From Rhodothermales bacterium (lineage in GTDB: Bacteria; Bacteroidota; Rhodothermia; Rhodothermales; Bin80), in NCBI GenBank assembly GCA_965215475.1, contig OZ244061.1, positions 2,728,307 through 2,792,306 of the forward strand: a stretch of DNA of 64,000 nucleotides, written 5' to 3'. The first letter of the stretch is position 1. Each line of letters starts with the position of its first letter. Under the pieces are notes generated by a model. The model made no database searches. It worked only from the letters and a program-made list of their open reading frames with translations, and had not been told where the DNA came from. The position numbers were made by a program, and so were the translations under genes. Of this stretch, positions 61,309 through 64,000 are shown one piece after another.

Positions 61309-62304
61309 TTACGGAACCTCAATCTTATCAAGAATTTTCTGGATAATTATTTCAGGTTCCAATTCTTCTGCTTCTGCTTCATAGGTTACTGCAACGCGGT
61401 GGCGGAGCACATCCATCACAATGGAGCGTACATCTTCGGGCGTGACATAAGCGCGATGCCGAAGAAATGCATGAGCACGTGCTGCAAGATTAAGATTGAT
61501 GGTTGCCCTGGGAGAGGCGCCATATTCTATCAGGGGAATCAAGTCAGGTAATTGGTAAGACTGGGGATCTCGTGTGGCAATGACCAGATCTACAATATAT
61601 CGTTCGACACGCTCATCCATATAGAGTTCATTCAGAATTTGCCGCGCAGAAAGAATGGTTTCGGGTTGAACGATCGTTTTGACTTCGGTTTCGGGGTTTG
61701 CTCGGGCCATCCGCCGCATGATTTCCATTTCTTCCTCATGGGAGGGATAGTCAATTTTGATCTTTAACATGAAGCGATCAACCTGTGCTTCAGGTAGGGG
61801 ATAGGTTCCTTCCTGTTCAATAGGGTTTTGCGTTGCAAGCACCAGGAACGGTTCTTCAAGCAGGAACGTGGTTTCCCCAATGGTAATTTGTCGCTCTTGC
61901 ATACTCTCCAGCAAAGCGCTCTGAACCTTTGCCGGGGAGCGATTGACCTCATCTGCGAGGACCATGTTTGCAAATAATGGTCCTTTTTTAATGGAGAAAT
62001 CCCCGGTCTGTTGATTATAGATCAGGGTGCCCAAAAGATCCGCAGGAAGAAGGTCAGGGGTAAATTGAATCCGTTGGAATTGTCCGCCAATGGACCGGGC
62101 AAGAGAGCTTACGGTGAGGGTCTTTGCTAGTCCGGGAACCCCTTCCAGTAATACATGTCCAGAGGCGAGCAGTCCAATGATCAGACGTTCAACCATATAG
62201 CTCTGTCCAACGATGACACGTCCGATCTCTTCCCGCAGATCATCGACAAATGCGCTCTCAATACGAATACGTTCGCTAACCTCAGCAAGATCAAAATTGG
62301 CCAT
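61309..62304 (-). CDS. MoxR-family AAA+ ATPase
   Basis: 331 aa with GVPGLAKT, LADEVNR and ATQNPIEQEGTYPLPEAQVDRF. Confidence 0.9.
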   Translation of the reverse strand: MANFDLAEVSERIRIESAFVDDLREEIGRVIVGQSYMVERLIIGLLASGHVLLEGVPGLAKTLTVSSLARSIGGQFQRIQFTPDLLPADLLGTLIYNQQTGDFSIKKGPLFANMVLADEVNRSPAKVQSALLESMQERQITIGETTFLLEEPFLVLATQNPIEQEGTYPLPEAQVDRFMLKIKIDYPSHEEEMEIMRRMARANPETEVKTIVQPETILSARQILNELYMDERVERYIVDLVIATRDPQSYQLPDLIPLIEYGASPRATINLNLAARAHAFLRHRAYVTPEDVRSIVMDVLRHRVAVTYEAEAEELEPEIIIQKILDKIEVP

Positions 62305-62586
62305 GAAGCAGTGGTTTAGTCAAGCATGGGCGGGCTTACGCGATCTGGTCAATCATGTTCACCTGAGTCGTCCCTGGGAATCTTGATCTCGGCAGTCACC
62401 TCCTGCTCTGGGTAGGTAACGGTTAAAGTCAGGGAATTCGGAAAATGAGTGATGAAAAAGGGAATTGACTGTATGTGTGCCCCCCTTACCTGCTCTCTAC
62501 TAGATCGCTGATGGAACATTCAGGCTTGTTTGGAATGTGATCGGGATCAGAGATCGCTCCGAGCATAGCAGTCAAGAGTCATAAGG

Positions 62587-64000
62587 CTACTTGGTAATAC
62601 GGCTGGAATTAATTCGGAGAAACGCAGCCATGATTGCAGGCAGGAGCACGATCAGAATTGCGGTAGTAATCATAATCCCAATTCCGAGCGATGCGGCAAA
62701 CGGAGTCAAATACTGCGCCTGAATCGCCGGCTCCAGAATAAGCGGAGTGAAGGCTAAAAAGGTAGTCACGGAGGTTAACATGATGGGGCGGAAGCGACTC
62801 TTAGCCCCATCAATGATTGCTTGCCTTGGCGCAATTCCACTTTGAATACGACGATCAATGGAATCCATCATGACCAAGGCATCATTGATAACGACACCGC
62901 TGAGGCCGAAAAATCCCAAGACTGAAGCAGAAGCAACACTGATCGGAATTCCCAGAATTACATGGCCAAGTAGAACGCCAATGAGGCCGAAAGGAACGAT
63001 TGCCAGGAGCAGAAATGGCTTAAAGAAAGATCGTAGACCAATGGCTAACAGGGCAAAAATGGCTAACATTGCAAAGAGGAATCCGCGGTATAGAGCTCCC
63101 ACCGACTCCAGTTGTTCCTGCTGTTCACCTCCAAAGGAATACGTTAATTCGGGATCGGAGGCAGTCAATTCTGCGAGAAATGTATTTTCAAGAATTTCAT
63201 TTGCCTGCCCCCCAGAGATTACGTCAGTATTCACGTCTGCGGTCACGGTGACGATTCTTAGTCCGTCTTTACGTCGGATCACAGGCTGAGAAGTTCCCAT
63301 GTTGATGGAAGCTACCTGATGGATGGGTACTTTTGAGTTGGGCTGGGTTTGGATGAGATAGCTTTCAATGTCAGTAATTGATTCTCTCTCATCCGCCGGG
63401 AGTCTCGTATAGACCCGCACTTCGTCTTCCTCCCGCTGGAGTCTCACTGCTTCGACTCCAAAAAAGGCAGCTCGTACTTGCTGTGCTAGGTCTTCAACCG
63501 TAACACCAAGTGTCCGAGCGGCAGGTTGCAACTCCAGCTGCATCTCTCTGACTCCCGGTGCATGATCGGATCGGATATCAAAGATCCCTGCTACAGTGTA
63601 TAAATCATTGATCACGGAATCGGTTGCAGCAGCGAGACGTTCTGGATTTGAGTGGGATAGAACGACTTCCACGGGGTTCCCAAGATTAATTACATTTCCG
63701 CTGAATGTGAGCCCTCGAACATAAGGGAGAAGCCCTACTTCTTCTCGCCAAGCCTGCACGATTGTGGTTGTAGATATATCGCGTTCCTGAGCACTCAAGA
63801 GTTTGAATTCGATACTGGCAATATTTGATGGTGGATTCATGGTCGGAGCTGGATTAAGGCCTCCCCCCTCAAGGCGTGGCCCTTGACCAACCACTAGGAT
63901 GACTCCCATCAGTAGAGAAGGTGCCCCTTCAGGTCTTTGTTCATCCAGACGTTCAATGACTCGGAGTCCCTTAGCTTCCAGCTCTAGGGCAACTTCAAGA
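62587..64000 (-). CDS. RND efflux transporter permease (AcrB family), C-terminal part; the gene continues past the window end
   Basis: The frame is open to position 64000. A porter/docking subdomain is followed by TM7-12 with typical RND hydrophobic helices. Confidence 0.8.
   Translation of the reverse strand, partial: LEVALELEAKGLRVIERLDEQRPEGAPSLLMGVILVVGQGPRLEGGGLNPAPTMNPPSNIASIEFKLLSAQERDISTTTIVQAWREEVGLLPYVRGLTFSGNVINLGNPVEVVLSHSNPERLAAATDSVINDLYTVAGIFDIRSDHAPGVREMQLELQPAARTLGVTVEDLAQQVRAAFFGVEAVRLQREEDEVRVYTRLPADERESITDIESYLIQTQPNSKVPIHQVASINMGTSQPVIRRKDGLRIVTVTADVNTDVISGGQANEILENTFLAELTASDPELTYSFGGEQQEQLESVGALYRGFLFAMLAIFALLAIGLRSFFKPFLLLAIVPFGLIGVLLGHVILGIPISVASASVLGFFGLSGVVINDALVMMDSIDRRIQSGIAPRQAIIDGAKSRFRPIMLTSVTTFLAFTPLILEPAIQAQYLTPFAASLGIGIMITTAILIVLLPAIMAAFLRINSSRITK

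Noticed and set aside
1-64000. CRISPR arrays, rRNA or tRNA genes
   Set aside because: No regularly spaced repeat-spacer arrays and no rRNA-like or cloverleaf-forming sequences were seen on visual scanning. A computational scan (tRNAscan-SE, Infernal) would be needed to be certain.

Overview
This is a 64 kb window from a T9SS-bearing (FCB-group-like), mid-GC bacterium. All identity figures are by-eye estimates; no searches or computations were run.

**Layout.** About 1-45,000 is a heavily rearranged accessory region. About 45,085-64,000 is an intact core block on mostly one strand: moaC, floA, a CNNM/CorC transporter, a PspA cluster, thymidine phosphorylase, rpmE, uvrB, an epimerase, an RlmD-like methyltransferase, an Omp85/BamA-like protein, DUF2795, an M23 peptidase, MoxR, and a partial RND pump. 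One IS fragment interrupts this block.

**Contents of the accessory region:**
- a decayed group II intron
- a truncated P-type conjugation operon (trbC-D-E-J-L-F) with a tyrosine integrase and an SNF2 remnant
- two divergent paralogous P-loop/STAND-like ATPases in mirror orientation
- an IS graveyard holding IS1634-like, IS1380-like, IS256-like, IS4-like and ISL3-like pieces

**Most striking structure.** Two paralogous genes of about 5.7 kb (1899 and 1867 aa) each encode a protein with a signal peptide and a T9SS C-terminal sorting domain. They are transcribed divergently and form a roughly 5.8 kb inverted repeat (13,575-19,461 and 28,055-33,850).
- The arms are mosaic. The promoter/5' UTR, the signal peptide and most of the C-terminal 60% are near-identical. 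The N-terminal ~750 aa and one internal patch are clearly diverged.
- A third allele of that internal patch survives as a fragment at about 38.7-39.1 kb.

**Cargo between the arms.** The repeat brackets an 8.6 kb defence-type segment:
- an intact DUF262/DUF1524 (GmrSD-like) nuclease
- a class-2 OLD ATPase-Toprim nuclease plus a UvrD-like helicase (Gabija-like pair)

The OLD gene is inactivated by in-frame TGA, TAA and TAG stops plus a frameshift. The helicase has one frameshift.

**Decay pattern.** Many accessory genes carry nonsense or frameshift lesions, whereas no lesions were seen in the adjacent core genes. This looks like real decay rather than sequencing error or an alternative genetic code.
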